Shown piece after piece: positions 52,377 through 64,000 of a stretch of 64,000 bases of DNA. The notes beneath the pieces were generated by a model. It searched no databases. It had not been told where the DNA came from and saw only the letters and a program-made list of their open reading frames with translations. Position numbers and translations under genes: made by a program. Source of the DNA: Macrostomum lignano. Lineage: Eukaryota. Location of the stretch: contig NIVC01000111.1 in the NCBI GenBank assembly GCA_002269645.1, positions 124,001 to 188,000 of the forward strand. The letters run 5' to 3'. Position 1 is the first letter of the stretch, and every line of letters starts with the position of its first letter.

Positions 52377-55300
52377 ATTTTTGCTTGTTAGTTTCAAAGG
52401 AAAGATAAGCATGAACAAATGATTGAAACAAAATCAATTTTTAGCTTTGGTTTTATTTAGTTATTTATTATAATATATTGAAACTTTAAGCATAGGGCCA
52501 TAGGCTATATAGTCATAACCAAAACTAAAGTCTATAATGCAAAGATCCAGATCAGGTCAAAAAGGACAAGACAAATATTTATCAAATTATCATTTTAGCA
52601 AAGGCAAAATAGAAAAAAGCAAATAGCCTTTTTTAGATCTACACTTAGTTACACAACATTTTTTTTCAATATTTATAAATGATATACTTAAATTAAACCT
52701 AGCCTAAATAATGATAATGCTTTTTTTGTTATAGTTGTAGACTTTGTTCCTAATTAATTATGTGACTGGCACCCTTGGTATACTATATTGACTAGTACCA
52801 ATTGACCTTATTTTAAATTTCTTTATGACATCAATACTAAATGATATATTGATATAAAAGTTAATTTTAAAAACAAGAAAAAGATAGTTCACCAAACATA
52901 GTTGGTCAGTAGTCAAGCCATAGGCCTATTATTGTTTTTTGTATTGGTACATTTTTTTATTAGAGGCAGGGGTGTTGTGTGCACCCTGGCGCAATTGAAG
53001 CGTCATTGGCACACAACCGGCAAGAGGCATTACTGCCCATTCCGCCGACTCCCCTGAGCAGGCATACAAGCGCGCGGATACGTTACGCAGGCACACACTC
53101 ACACAGGAGTGTACAGCGGCCCTAACTTTATATTATCATTAGGCATGTACACTTCACTGCGCCTTGGGGGGTTGGCTCTCAAGGCCGTTAATTGCACAAG
53201 CAAGCCAAGCCGAAATTCCAATTCAGCCCCAAATTAATGTGGCTGCACTTGGAATCAAGCCTGGGTCACGGCACACCAGAGCAGCTGCGCTACCGCTGGG
53301 CTACGGCCCCCCTGTATTGGTACATTACATTCTTGTTAGTAAATTTGCAGATTTGCTGAATCTTGTAAAATGTAAATGTACGAAAAAAGAGAAAAATAAA
53401 CAATAAATTCTGACATGCTTTGCCAAATTAAATGGCATGAGTGTGATTCAGAATTTGGAAAACTAGATTCATAGGCCTATTTCAATTCATTTGGTAGAAC
53501 ATTTTTCTTATCATCAGTCTATCTAGTAAACCTCAGAGTCAGACTTAAACTCTGAGTCTGGTCTTAGTTGAATCCATAAACGTATTAAAAAAATTTAAAT
53601 AAAATTAAAGGAAGCTAGACTTATACCTAGTTTTTGCCCTTTTAGTCAAGTGTCTTTGAGTTGCGTTTTAATTAACCTAAATTGTTATGGCTAGACTTAG
53701 TTAAGAGCCGATAATGATAGGGGCCTAAGTCTAATCTGTTAAACAGCTTGTGAAAGCATTTTTTAGTACTTGCTTCGCTAAAAGCCTCAGTATGTGGCAG
53801 AGCACTGAGGACGAACCTGCGTTAAATACTATTAAAAGAATTAGCAAAAGTGCAACTCGAGCACGTATCATACGCGTGAAGCGTGACTGACCGCGACCGC
53901 GACTTAGTTTAAAATGACCCAAAATACCGAATTCAAAAGTTTAGTGCACGCACATTAAAACGATAAAACAACATTATTTCCATAATTTAAACTTTAGAGT
54001 CGATCACAGAGACACAGACAGAATGTTTTTAGCATATAAACTATATTTTAAAATGACGTTTCTACATGTGTTATACAATAATATTAATGTTTTAATGGCT
54101 GCAAATTTATTCTTTTTTTCTAGAATAGTGCTAGCAATTACTGTCATTCACAAGCTGGAAACTTCACCGCGATTTCGACGATCTGTACAATGCAAGTTTC
54201 CCGACTTTGATGCTAATGCATTTTTAAGCAATTCAATATATTCAATATTCAGAGCGCGCCATCCTTTGCATCGATCGCATGTTAATATTCCCGAAATGTA
54301 TATATATTTTGTACATGTACATCAGTACAGAATTGCATGTATAATAATATAAATCGTTCCTGCAGACTGTCTTTCAGCTAGTAATTTACTGATGGGATAA
54401 ATGCGATTTATGCAATATTTGTTAGTTTAATGTACATCAAGCTAGAGTGATATACTCAGCAACGTTGACGAGTCACCACTCCATGCACCAGTGAACAATA
54501 TCTCTTGTACTATTCTGAAAAAGATAAGAGAAACTCATTGGGATAGCTTTTATCTGTCCAACAGGCACACGGCCGCCGGCCCCCCCCCCCCACTTCATTC
54601 CTCAACTTAAGTCTGCCGCAGAGTAGCTACATGTAGTTGCGTCACTCGCAAAAGATTGAGAGACTTTACCTGTATACTTTCAAAAGTGGCGACCATATGC
54701 ACCGACGGAATCTTCTGTGATGGCGACTTTTGATGTTGCTGAGTATGTAAATGCACGTGTACAGCGTTGCGACATGCACGTGTGGTCGCAGTAAACGTGG
54801 ATTTTACTAGCTTCATGTATCTAGGACTTGGAAGCGCTTCCGAGATCAGCCCATGCACTGTCTGGATTGAGTTTGGAGGCAATCAAGCGGGATGCGTCGG
54901 GCAGCCACGCACAGGTTCAGTTGGTAAAGTTCCCATATGCTGTGATTATGGCACTGATTGATATACATATAGAGTTGGCTAGAAATGCAATGATGATCGT
55001 CATGCCAAAATTGGTACAGGGGCTCAATCTGCATGTGTGCGTAATGCCTGGGACAGAAGACATTGAAGGTTGAGTGCAGACATATTTAGGGGAGGGGTTG
55101 ACGCAGACGGGGGTTGTAAATGTACTTTAACAGCAGCAGAGATTGTACGTAATGCTTATCAGTTGTTGCAAGTTTACCTGTGGACCCGAACCATACTGCT
55201 AGCAATTATGTTTAAGTTTCTATGCCCCAATGCAGTGGTAAAAATTAAATTGGCAGTTTTACTCCAACTCTAGCCAATAGCCATACCATAATTAATCATT

Positions 55301-55807
55301 TTAATTATGTACATATTACGAGTATACATAATATAATAATTCTATACAGTACTATAGATTTGTAAGGATTACTGAAAATGATGTCATTGTCTTTCTTATT
55401 TAACTTTACTGTCTACTGTACAGTTGTGAAAACAGATATACAATACAGAAAGGTTACAATAAACTAATAATAATATAGCTTTGGCTAATCACGGATGTTA
55501 TTTGCTGTTAAGATAAGATCTTGTACGATGTAGCAAGTTGCCCAGATCTGGTAAGTTTACCTAAGTATTAGCATAGCGAAGATCTAGCTTGCACGTTCTT
55601 GCAAGTACTTGTGCAGCAACCCAAGAAAATTAAATGAGATCTGCTAAGAATCCCAACAAGTCAATGTCCTCTAGGGATTCTATCCACCCAAAGTAGTTGA
55701 GACGAGAACATCAGGTGGTTTCTGCATGGTTTTAGCGCGATTCAAACTTTTAAGTTGCAATTATAAATGTGTATATAATCAAAGCAAACAACCGTACTCT
55801 GAGAGAG

Positions 55808-55809
<2 letters not shown>

Positions 55810-55848
<39 letters not shown>

Positions 55849-55857
55849 TAGTGTCTT

Positions 55858-55905
<48 letters not shown>
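55810..55905. repeat. (TCTG)n microsatellite
   Basis: Direct reading. Confidence 0.95.
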
Positions 55906-55907
<2 letters not shown>

Positions 55908-56634
55908 ATCTACGGCTAGCAGCAATTGTTTTAAATGTACCAAAAATAAGAATCAATAGAAAATATGTTAATTTGTTGATGTTGCAAATTTGTTTATTTT
56001 CGTTAAAAAAGAATGCATGCAATGAAGCGATTACTATTGGAACATCGATTTAGCTAGTCCAGAATCTCAGACAAGCCAATCGCAGCTTCATCCGGCTTGC
56101 CCGCGCATCCGATCGGAAATCGTTGGATTCCATCGAAAGTCGGGACCTCCTGACGAACGTCGATGACGCAGATGGCATTTCGTCGAACCTTCAATCGCGG
56201 TTGATTCATCATCAGCGTCGGGTTGTCAAGCTCTGCAGCAGCCGCTTCTGCTTCTCGTTGCGAAGCATCTCCGAGTGCGTAGGACATTGGATTTTAATGT
56301 GTTTGAATATTCGATTCGAAGCGAGAATTGATTGCCAACCAGAATTTGCATCGCATTTATAACTAATGCGCTCGCATACAAGTGGGGGAGAGGGGCAGAC
56401 CTGGCAACCTTCAGCTGCGTTGTTTAATTAAAAGATTAATAATCAAAATGAGGGTCAAGCCTTCTTGCACGTAAAATGGCCGCCAGTGACACATGAAGAG
56501 AGGCGCAGAGCAGCTGTAAAAAAGCAAAGGTACGCAATAATTTGGTGAAGAAATCTCTTACCCATGCATGGGCCTCTTTGACGTCAAACAGCTCGGCGCG
56601 AGCTAGAAAAATTTTGTTGGTCAAAATATTTGTT

Positions 56635-56685
56635 TAGACGGACAGACAGACAGACGGACAGACAGACAGACAGACGGACAGACAG

Positions 56686-56766
<81 letters not shown>

Positions 56767-56797
56767 AAGACAGACAGACAGACAGACAGACAGACAC

Positions 56798-56892
<95 letters not shown>

Positions 56893-56893
56893 C

Positions 56894-56924
<31 letters not shown>

Positions 56925-56943
56925 CACAGACAGACGCAGAGAA

Positions 56944-56987
<44 letters not shown>
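56635..56987. repeat. (AGAC)n followed by (AC)n microsatellite
   Basis: Direct reading; source of the CLSV and RQTD ORFs. Confidence 0.96.
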
Positions 56988-56988
<1 letters not shown>

Positions 56989-58104
56989 TTATTCATACTG
57001 TAGTCAAGCTTTATGTTAAAAATATCTTTAGAGTGCGAGAGCCTCTGCCATGCCATAGATCAATTTTGAAAGCTTTAAAGGATGAAATCAAATGCACGCA
57101 CTGCAGCAGGTAGTCAAAACAGCTTATTCCCGGTTTTAAACACTTGGCCAACTCTCGAATAGAATCTGCAGGCTTGGGATAAACTGACTTACAAGTCGTA
57201 CGGCGAACAGTGGCCATGCCGAACATAAAAGCATTTGGAAGCAATGCAATGCAGTTTCTGCGATCTGGTATGTGCTAATAATCCACATAAGCTTTTCTGT
57301 CTTTTTACTTTTAAAAAAACGCATGAAATCTCGCATCTTGCATACGATCGCGAACTATCTTTATTGTCTGCGACAATAAAGGTGAACAATCTAATAAACA
57401 AGTTATTCTCGTAGCAACCCCCAGTATCAGTTTGATGATCGGTGCCCCCTAGCAACCAAGCCGGTGTGCTCCTGACAACCAAATTGGCGCCCGTATAGTA
57501 CTTAAACCAACGCTGAACCAAAAATATGCTGTACAATATAAACTCCTAAAGCAGTGTTGTAGATGGTTCGTCTCAAAACAACTCTTGGTGCTCAAGGTGC
57601 AACGTGAAAACCATTGACGGAATGCCGAGTGCGCACCTGTCCTCACCTCACTGGTGCATGGGGCGTCTGCAGCGTCTGTGAACAAAGCTGCTGAGGCCAG
57701 AACACAAAGCGTGTCGGTCCTGAACGTGTGGACCACCAGCTAGGTTTTGGATTCCTCTTTGATGCAGTACTCAAATTGGTTCAGCACACTCAAGTTATCA
57801 CATAACTGGGATTTGCCCCTAACTTTTCTGGATGGCACCCTTTCTGGGACCCAATGCATTTTTGGAAGACAATTTTTATCATTTTAAATAATTTTCAGCT
57901 GCTCGAGCCGTTCGCTCAGCCTGCCAGCTAAAGAGGCCTCAGCAACTAACCGAGACGTCAAACTCGAACAGCGCATTTAGCCGAGCATTGCAGTGCCGCA
58001 CAGCTCGCCGATCGGGTACGAACCGCGGCAAACCTGGCAGCAGGTCAACTTGTAATAAAGGAACGGAATGTACGACAATTCATCAAAGCTCCAACAGTGA
58101 TCTG

Positions 58105-60906
58105 ATGCTTAATTACCAGTCACCGCAGCGCCAAGTTGAGTTGAGTCCGAAAAGCAACAGTTCAATGGACGATCCAGCGTTGCTAATGCGCGAGAGTGAC
58201 AGCTTCAGTCTGGAGAGCGGAGCTGGCTTCGAGTGCGATGAAATTCAGGACGTGTGGACTGGCCATTCTCCGATGCGGTGGGAGCGGTTGGTTTTAATCG
58301 GGTGGTTTTCTGGTTTGGGAAATATCTGAAGTCTGTTTGTGTTGGATAGTTGATATTGGGGTGTTGTGATGTTGGGGTGTTGTGATGTTGGGGTGTTGTG
58401 ATGTTGGGGTGTTGTGATGTTGGGGTGTTGTGATGTTGGGGTGTTGTGATGTTGGGGTGTTGTGATGTTGGGGTGTTGTGATGTTGGGGTGTTGTGATGT
58501 TGGGGTGTTGTGATGTTGGGGTGTTGTGATTTTGTGGTGTTGTGATGTTGGGGTGTTGTGATGTTGGGGTGTTGTGATGTTGGGGTGTTGTGATGTTGGG
58601 GTGTTGTGATGTTGGGGTGTTGTGATGTTGTGGTGTTGTGATGTTGGGGTGTTGTGATGTTGGGGTGTTGTGATGTTGGGGTGTTGTGATGTTGGGGTGT
58701 TGTGATGTTGGGGTGTTGTGATGTTGGGGTGTTGTGATGTTGGGGTGTTGTGATGTTGGGTTGTTGTGATGTTGGGGTGTTGTGATGTTGGGGTGTTGTG
58801 ATGTTGGGGTGTTGTGATGTTGGGGTGTTGTGATGTTGGGTTGTTGTGATGTTGGGTTGTTGTGATGTTGGGGTGTTGTGATGTTGGGGTGTTGTGATGT
58901 TGGGGTGTTGTGATGTTGGGGTGTTGTGATGTTGGGGTGTTGTGATGTTGGGTTGTTGTGATGTTGGGGTGTTGTGATGTTGGGGTGTTGTGATGTTGGG
59001 GTGTTGTGATGTTGGGGTGTTGTGATGTTGGGGTGTTGTGATTTTGTGGTGTTGTGATGTTGGGGTGTTGTGATGTTGGGGTGTTGTGATGTTGGGGTGT
59101 TGTGATGTTGGGGTGTTGTGATGTTGGGGTGTTGTGATGTTGTGGTGTTGTGATGTTGGGGTGTTGTGATGTTGGGGTGTTGTGATGTTGGGGTGTTGTG
59201 ATGTTGGGGTGTTGTGATGTTGGGGTGTTGTGATGTTGGGGTGTTGTGATGTTGGGGTGTTGTGATGTTGGGTTGTTGTGATGTTGGGGTGTTGTGATGT
59301 TGGGGTGTTGTGATGTTGGGGTGTTGTGATGTTGGGGTGTTGTGATGTTGGGTTGTTGTGATGTTGGGTTGTTGTGATGTTGGGGTGTTGTGATGTTGGG
59401 GTGTTGTGATGTTGGGGTGTTGTGATGTTGGGGTGTTGTGATGTTGGGGTGTTGTGATGTTGGGTTGTTGTGATGTTGGGGTGTTGTGATGTTGGGGTGT
59501 TGTGATGTTGTGGTGTTGTGATGTTGGTGTCGCGGGGTGATGATGTTAGGCTGTTGATGTTGGGCTGATCTTGGTGTATTGTTGTTGGGGTATTGATGTG
59601 TTTGACCTGTGGATGTTGAGGTGCTCATAGTACTTATGGTACTCATAGTACTTAGACAGTACTATGAGTGGATGTATAAGTGGTTGGTGGTGCTGGGGTG
59701 CACTTAATGGGGTTGTTGAGTCTGAATGTCGTTGGTCTTTAAGTTGAGGTGCGGATATTGAGGTGCTGATATTACGGAGCTGTCTAGCTAGGATTACGAT
59801 GCAATTTTTGAAAAAATGAAGCTTTTTAGATCGTAGCTACATGTGTACATGCTACACCATAAGTCAGGTTCTGCAGAATGCTGAATCAACTCACTGTCTT
59901 ACTTCTCATAAACTATACCACCAACGTGCAGAGTTCAGTCTCCATCAGTCCTCAGTGACACTGTTTCAATCGAATCCGGTGCCGAACTTGAACTGTGTGG
60001 CGCTGTGGCTGACGTCAAGAGCTTAGAGCTTCCAGCAGCTCCTCTCTCCAGCGGTGTTGAGTTCGAGACCAATCTCCAAGATGAGGACGAGGAGCTGGAC
60101 ACAGTTCCTGTTCTGATCGCAGCCGGACAGTCAGACGTTCCGGACAGCAACAAGTCGGAGGCGTCCGACCTGCCGCCGGATCTGCTGTCGGACGTAAGCG
60201 ACACGGATCAGGTGAAATATTTTAAACCTGCAGCTTGGTTGGCTCTGGACCAGCAAGGGTATTTGCATGTTCAGGAAGTTGAATGAGATTCAGAAATTTG
60301 TGTGATCACAAATGTATAGATGCATACCGGTATGTAATATCCATAAACCATAGTATCTGCATGTAGTTTTCTTTTAAAAGTATTGATGGTACTCGATACT
60401 TCTTCAAAACTGGTTGGAAAGTTGTTCGTGTCCTTAAAATTCGTTCGCTGTAAAACATCAAGCCTTAACATTTTTCATTGAGTATAGAATGAAACATGTA
60501 ATAAATCGCAATCCACCAGGATGTGCTTGCGAGTCGGTCGCAAACAAGCCCTTGCGGAGAGCTCGACAGTTGCGATGTGTCCACTCCAGTCACGGTGATG
60601 TCCGCCTCCAGCGCGGCTTCTGTGCCGCAGTCTGGCTCGAACGTTGACAGCAGCGTACAAATTCAAGCAGCAGGTAGCAGATCAGCTCAACCGGAGAACT
60701 TGGAGCCCAGGCGGCAGAGCAACTGGATGAGCTCTCGTTTCAGACGGGTCAAGCGCGGACTAATCAAGAGTTTTCGGCGACTGCGTCACGGCGTGGATCC
60801 TCAGGAGCAATCTAGGCGAGACAAGCCTAGCGAGACAGCCGAGGCTCACGAGGTACGAATCGTGCTCGACGATAAGACAAATGACAACAACAATTACTGC
60901 CGCTAA
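58105..60906 (+). CDS. Putative three-exon orphan gene, ~279 aa, acidic/Ser-rich with a basic C-terminal patch
   Basis: Exons 58105-58277, 59932-60211 (alternative donor GTAAGC at 60194) and 60520-60906 join with compatible phases 2 and 0 at GT/CAG sites. Exons are GC-rich against AT-rich flanks. No recognisable domain, and the first donor (GTGGGA) is weak. Confidence 0.5.
58357..59527. repeat. Minisatellite, 16-bp unit GTTGGGGTGTTGTGAT (~70 copies)
   Basis: Direct reading; the 16-aa period of ORF 58294..59646 corresponds to three units. Confidence 0.97.
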
Positions 60907-61448
60907 ACAATATAAAGTTCAATGCACGCGCGTCTTCGTTCAGCCAAAGCTTCCTCAAAATGTGTGCATCGTTATAACATAAGCCCTGCATGCTTATAAT
61001 CAGTCAATCGTCGATAAAAAGTGACTTTTTCAGTTAACATATTCTTTTCAAATGCTTGAAAAAGATAAACATTCATTTTTTGTGTTATTTGTTTCTTTTT
61101 TTCATCAGGCTGTCAATCAAGATTTACACGATTTGGTATGCAAATTGTACATGCAGTTGTACATACAGTACAAAAGGCATTTAGATAAATTTTCAAATGA
61201 TTTAAATTTTCAGTTTACATGTACATGCATTGTAAAATTTGCAATATAGTACATGCAAGAAAGCCTTGAATGTTAAAGTAAAAGTACATAATTATTGTTA
61301 ATTGACATCTCAGTGCCACATTAATTGGTCTTTGGTTCATACATTTGGAATTTCACGTCGCCTTTCTTAAGATGTCTCATGCGGAAACCAACATGAAAGA
61401 AAGTTCGACTTTTCTTCAATTCTGTTAGACTTTTTTGGAACGGGACTA

Positions 61449-62000
61449 TACGAGGGGTGCTGATTAAGTTCCCGGAAAAGTTCAATTCTGATTATCGCTT
61501 CTGTGCGAAATTTTACCTGTAGCGACTGCAGTCTATTATAACTTCTCAACATAATTTCCACCCAAATCGGAGCACTTTTGCAGGCGCTGGAACCATGCGC
61601 CGAAGCACCCCCTGAGATCAGCTTTGGTAAATTAAGCTGTCCAGCTCAGCTTGCAGCACAAAAACCAGCTCTTTCCTCGAGTCGAAGCGCTTCCCCTTCA
61701 GATTTTTCTTCATCCTGGGAGAGAGGAAAAAGTCAGCAGGCGCCAGGTCCGGCGAATATGCGGGATGCGGCAGCTGGACGAGCTGGATCGCCTGAAGGAA
61801 CTCCTGGGTTACTCGTGCCCGGTGCACGGGAGCGCTGTCCTGATGGAGGAACATGCCTTTGTCAAGCATTTTGGCCGCTGCTGTGCGAGCGCCTGCAGAA
61901 CCTGAGGCAAGCAGACGGTGCTGTACCATTCTGCCGTCACTGTGGCGCCGTGCTGCAGGATGCCGCGTCGAAATCGCATAGGCGTGCATTAGCTAGGCAT
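61449..62000 (-). mobile_element. 5'-truncated mariner (DD34D) element: transposase C-terminus plus one terminal repeat
   Basis: Minus strand FLHQDSAPVH...HPAYSPDLAPADFFL...LKGKRF has 34 residues between the last two Asp. After a frameshift it reads WFQRLQKCSDLGGNYVEK. The terminus TA|CGAGGGGTGCTGATTAAGTT is at 61449. Confidence 0.9.
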
Positions 62001-64000
62001 TAATCCATATATTCATTTTATTGTCTAGATTTTCTGCTATTCGATCTAATTTTTAATTGGTCGCAGTCAAAATATTGTATGTGCAAGAATTTCTGCCGCC
62101 AGCAGTCAATATTATTGTCAATATATTAGCAAAAGTTTTGTTGGACGTCATTTGTAGTAGCAGTCGATTTGTGAGAGTCATTTGTCATATACCCATTTCG
62201 AGCCGCCTCTAAATGGGCCTTTTAATATTGCTTGTTCTGGTTCTAGAACCAGATCCAATTTCTAAAGTAAAAATTTTTGTCTACTAAACTAGAATATACG
62301 TGCTAAAGTTTTATTTATTGAATGCATGAAATAATAGAAAAAAAGAAAGTGAAAAATTGTGCAAAGTGAGGCTGTTAAGGCAGTCAAACATTCAAGAAAG
62401 TTAAATAGTTATACTGCTTTTCTTTGAAGATCGGAATCGATTCTGGTTCCGGAATCGGTAAATATGAAAAGCATAAAAAGTTACGCTCAAATGTACTTTT
62501 TCTGACGTTAAAACAATCGTAGGCAACAATATTTTTAGAAAGGTGCATTTTTCTAAACTATGGTTAGCCGAGGCCAACAATAGATATATTATCTAAAATT
62601 TTATAGTCTAAACAAACAAGACAAAGAATTACAATTTTCTAATGATTTTATTTTAAATCATGTTGTGAAAAAAGAGATCATCGTCGTTGTCGAAGAATTA
62701 GTTGATTGATTGATTGACAATCACATCACATGATCACACCGATTAGACTTGGGAACATTGACATTCATAGTTTTAAGTGTTTGTTGTCACGTCCACAATG
62801 TCACCATGGAGTTTAAGATTTTTTGCCTTGGCTATAACTAACGGACTAAAATGTCACCTGGTACCTATTTACAGACTCACAGTATGTATGAAGGCATATT
62901 TTAATATGAATGAATCTCTTAGTCTTAGTTTGCTGCGTTAAATTATTTATCAGTTTTTTCACACAGAAATGGTCATAACAGGCAGAATATGAGTAGCAGG
63001 CATATTGCCATATTATAATAAGTGTGTCAGGTAAGTATCGTCAGATCAGTAATAGGCCTATTAATTAAATAATAGGCCTACTAATAATAGTGAGCCTGAG
63101 CCACCCAGTAAAGGCGAGGCAGTGCATAAGTCAGCAGCTTCAGCAGCTGCAACAGGGTTAGATATGGCTGCCCTGGAAAAAAACATCCTTTGGGATGGCC
63201 TTCTGTGTCCTGCAGGTAGGAAATGATCAGCAGTAGCTGTCAACAAACTGGGCTCTGTCGCTTTATTTAGTCACTGTTGCTGCATAGCTGGAGTCTTAAG
63301 ACATTATTCACAGACCCAAGAATTCCTCAGGAGCCCATACACGATACACAGCTAACTAGCAAATAGTCAACATCTTGTTGGCTATTAGCAATATAAGCTC
63401 CTTGGCTTTAGGTTAACATTGGCTTTAAAATGGCTCAGGCCTATTATTAAGTAAAAAATGTAAAGTATAGAAATTAAATTATATTATCTATTTTCTAAAA
63501 TTACAATTTGCATTTTTCCTATCTTTAACTTATAATTAGGCCTATTACCTATATATACTTTACTTTAAATAACTACTAGTAATACTTATATATTAGACCT
63601 TTTTAGGTTAATGTGCTTATTTTTTAAAAAAGTCTTATTTGATTAAATATAAAATAATTAATTCGGCCTAAGCAAACAGAATACTTGGGCTTAAATCTAG
63701 TCTATTCTATAATAGGCCTCTAGTCAATTTCAGTAATAACCATTTTGTTAATAAACCATTTTGGCAACAATTGCTTAAGTGATAAAGTAAGACTAACTAA
63801 ATAATAAATTTAATGGTAACAGTTTATACAATTTAGGTCTTATATCTAATATATAAACATTAATTAAAATACTATTTTCCTTTATTTCCAACTGATTTGG
63901 TTTAAATATCTGATAAAACAGATTCAAATACCAAATAATACTAAATAAAAACAAATATTTTAGTAAAAATATCCTTTTAGTAGCCCTCAAAAAACAGTAA

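Noticed and set aside
28178-52418. Bacterial contaminant or a fragmented animal AASS gene
   Set aside because: Both copies have in-phase GT-AG introns and host-type repeats, and both end in their own stop codon with no downstream SDH (saccharopine reductase) domain in the window.
54600-55090. hAT transposase C-terminal remnant
   Set aside because: Only a vague resemblance; no diagnostic motif or paired termini could be established.
56054-56287. GC-rich 77-aa ORF as a small gene or exon
   Set aside because: No recognisable motif and no partner exon; cannot be supported without expression data.
55769-57056. CLSV / RQTD repeat ORFs
   Set aside because: They are microsatellite translations.
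58294-59646. 450-aa His/Thr/Gln/Pro-rich ORF on the minus strand
   Set aside because: It is the translation of the 16-bp minisatellite (three units give a 16-aa period).

Overview
Repeat-rich eukaryotic (animal-like, probably invertebrate) genomic DNA: AT-rich intergenic sequence, GC-rich exons, GT-AG introns, satellites and decayed DNA transposons. The species cannot be determined from this window. Genes I can reconstruct: (1) a two-exon SID-1/SIDT-family transmembrane gene (+, 18972-22615) whose conserved HDxWH motif carries an in-frame TGA in place of Trp; (2) two tandem, diverged, intron-containing paralogs (-, 28178-30995 and 34554-52376) of a stand-alone saccharopine-dehydrogenase-like (AlaDh/PNT superfamily) enzyme that by motif pattern resembles bacterial (Bacteroidetes-type) monofunctional proteins more than animal bifunctional AASS, making it a horizontal-transfer candidate; (3) a tentative three-exon orphan gene (+, 58105-60906). 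The last intron of the second paralog (about 15.5 kb) is almost entirely a three-part 21/21/23-bp satellite. The window also holds several long foldback/MITE elements, Tc1, mariner and Crypton-like remnants, and a recurrent GTCTATGG 8-mer. Most short ORFs in the supplied track are repeat-derived or begin at non-ATG codons. All homology calls come from motif recognition by eye, not database searches.
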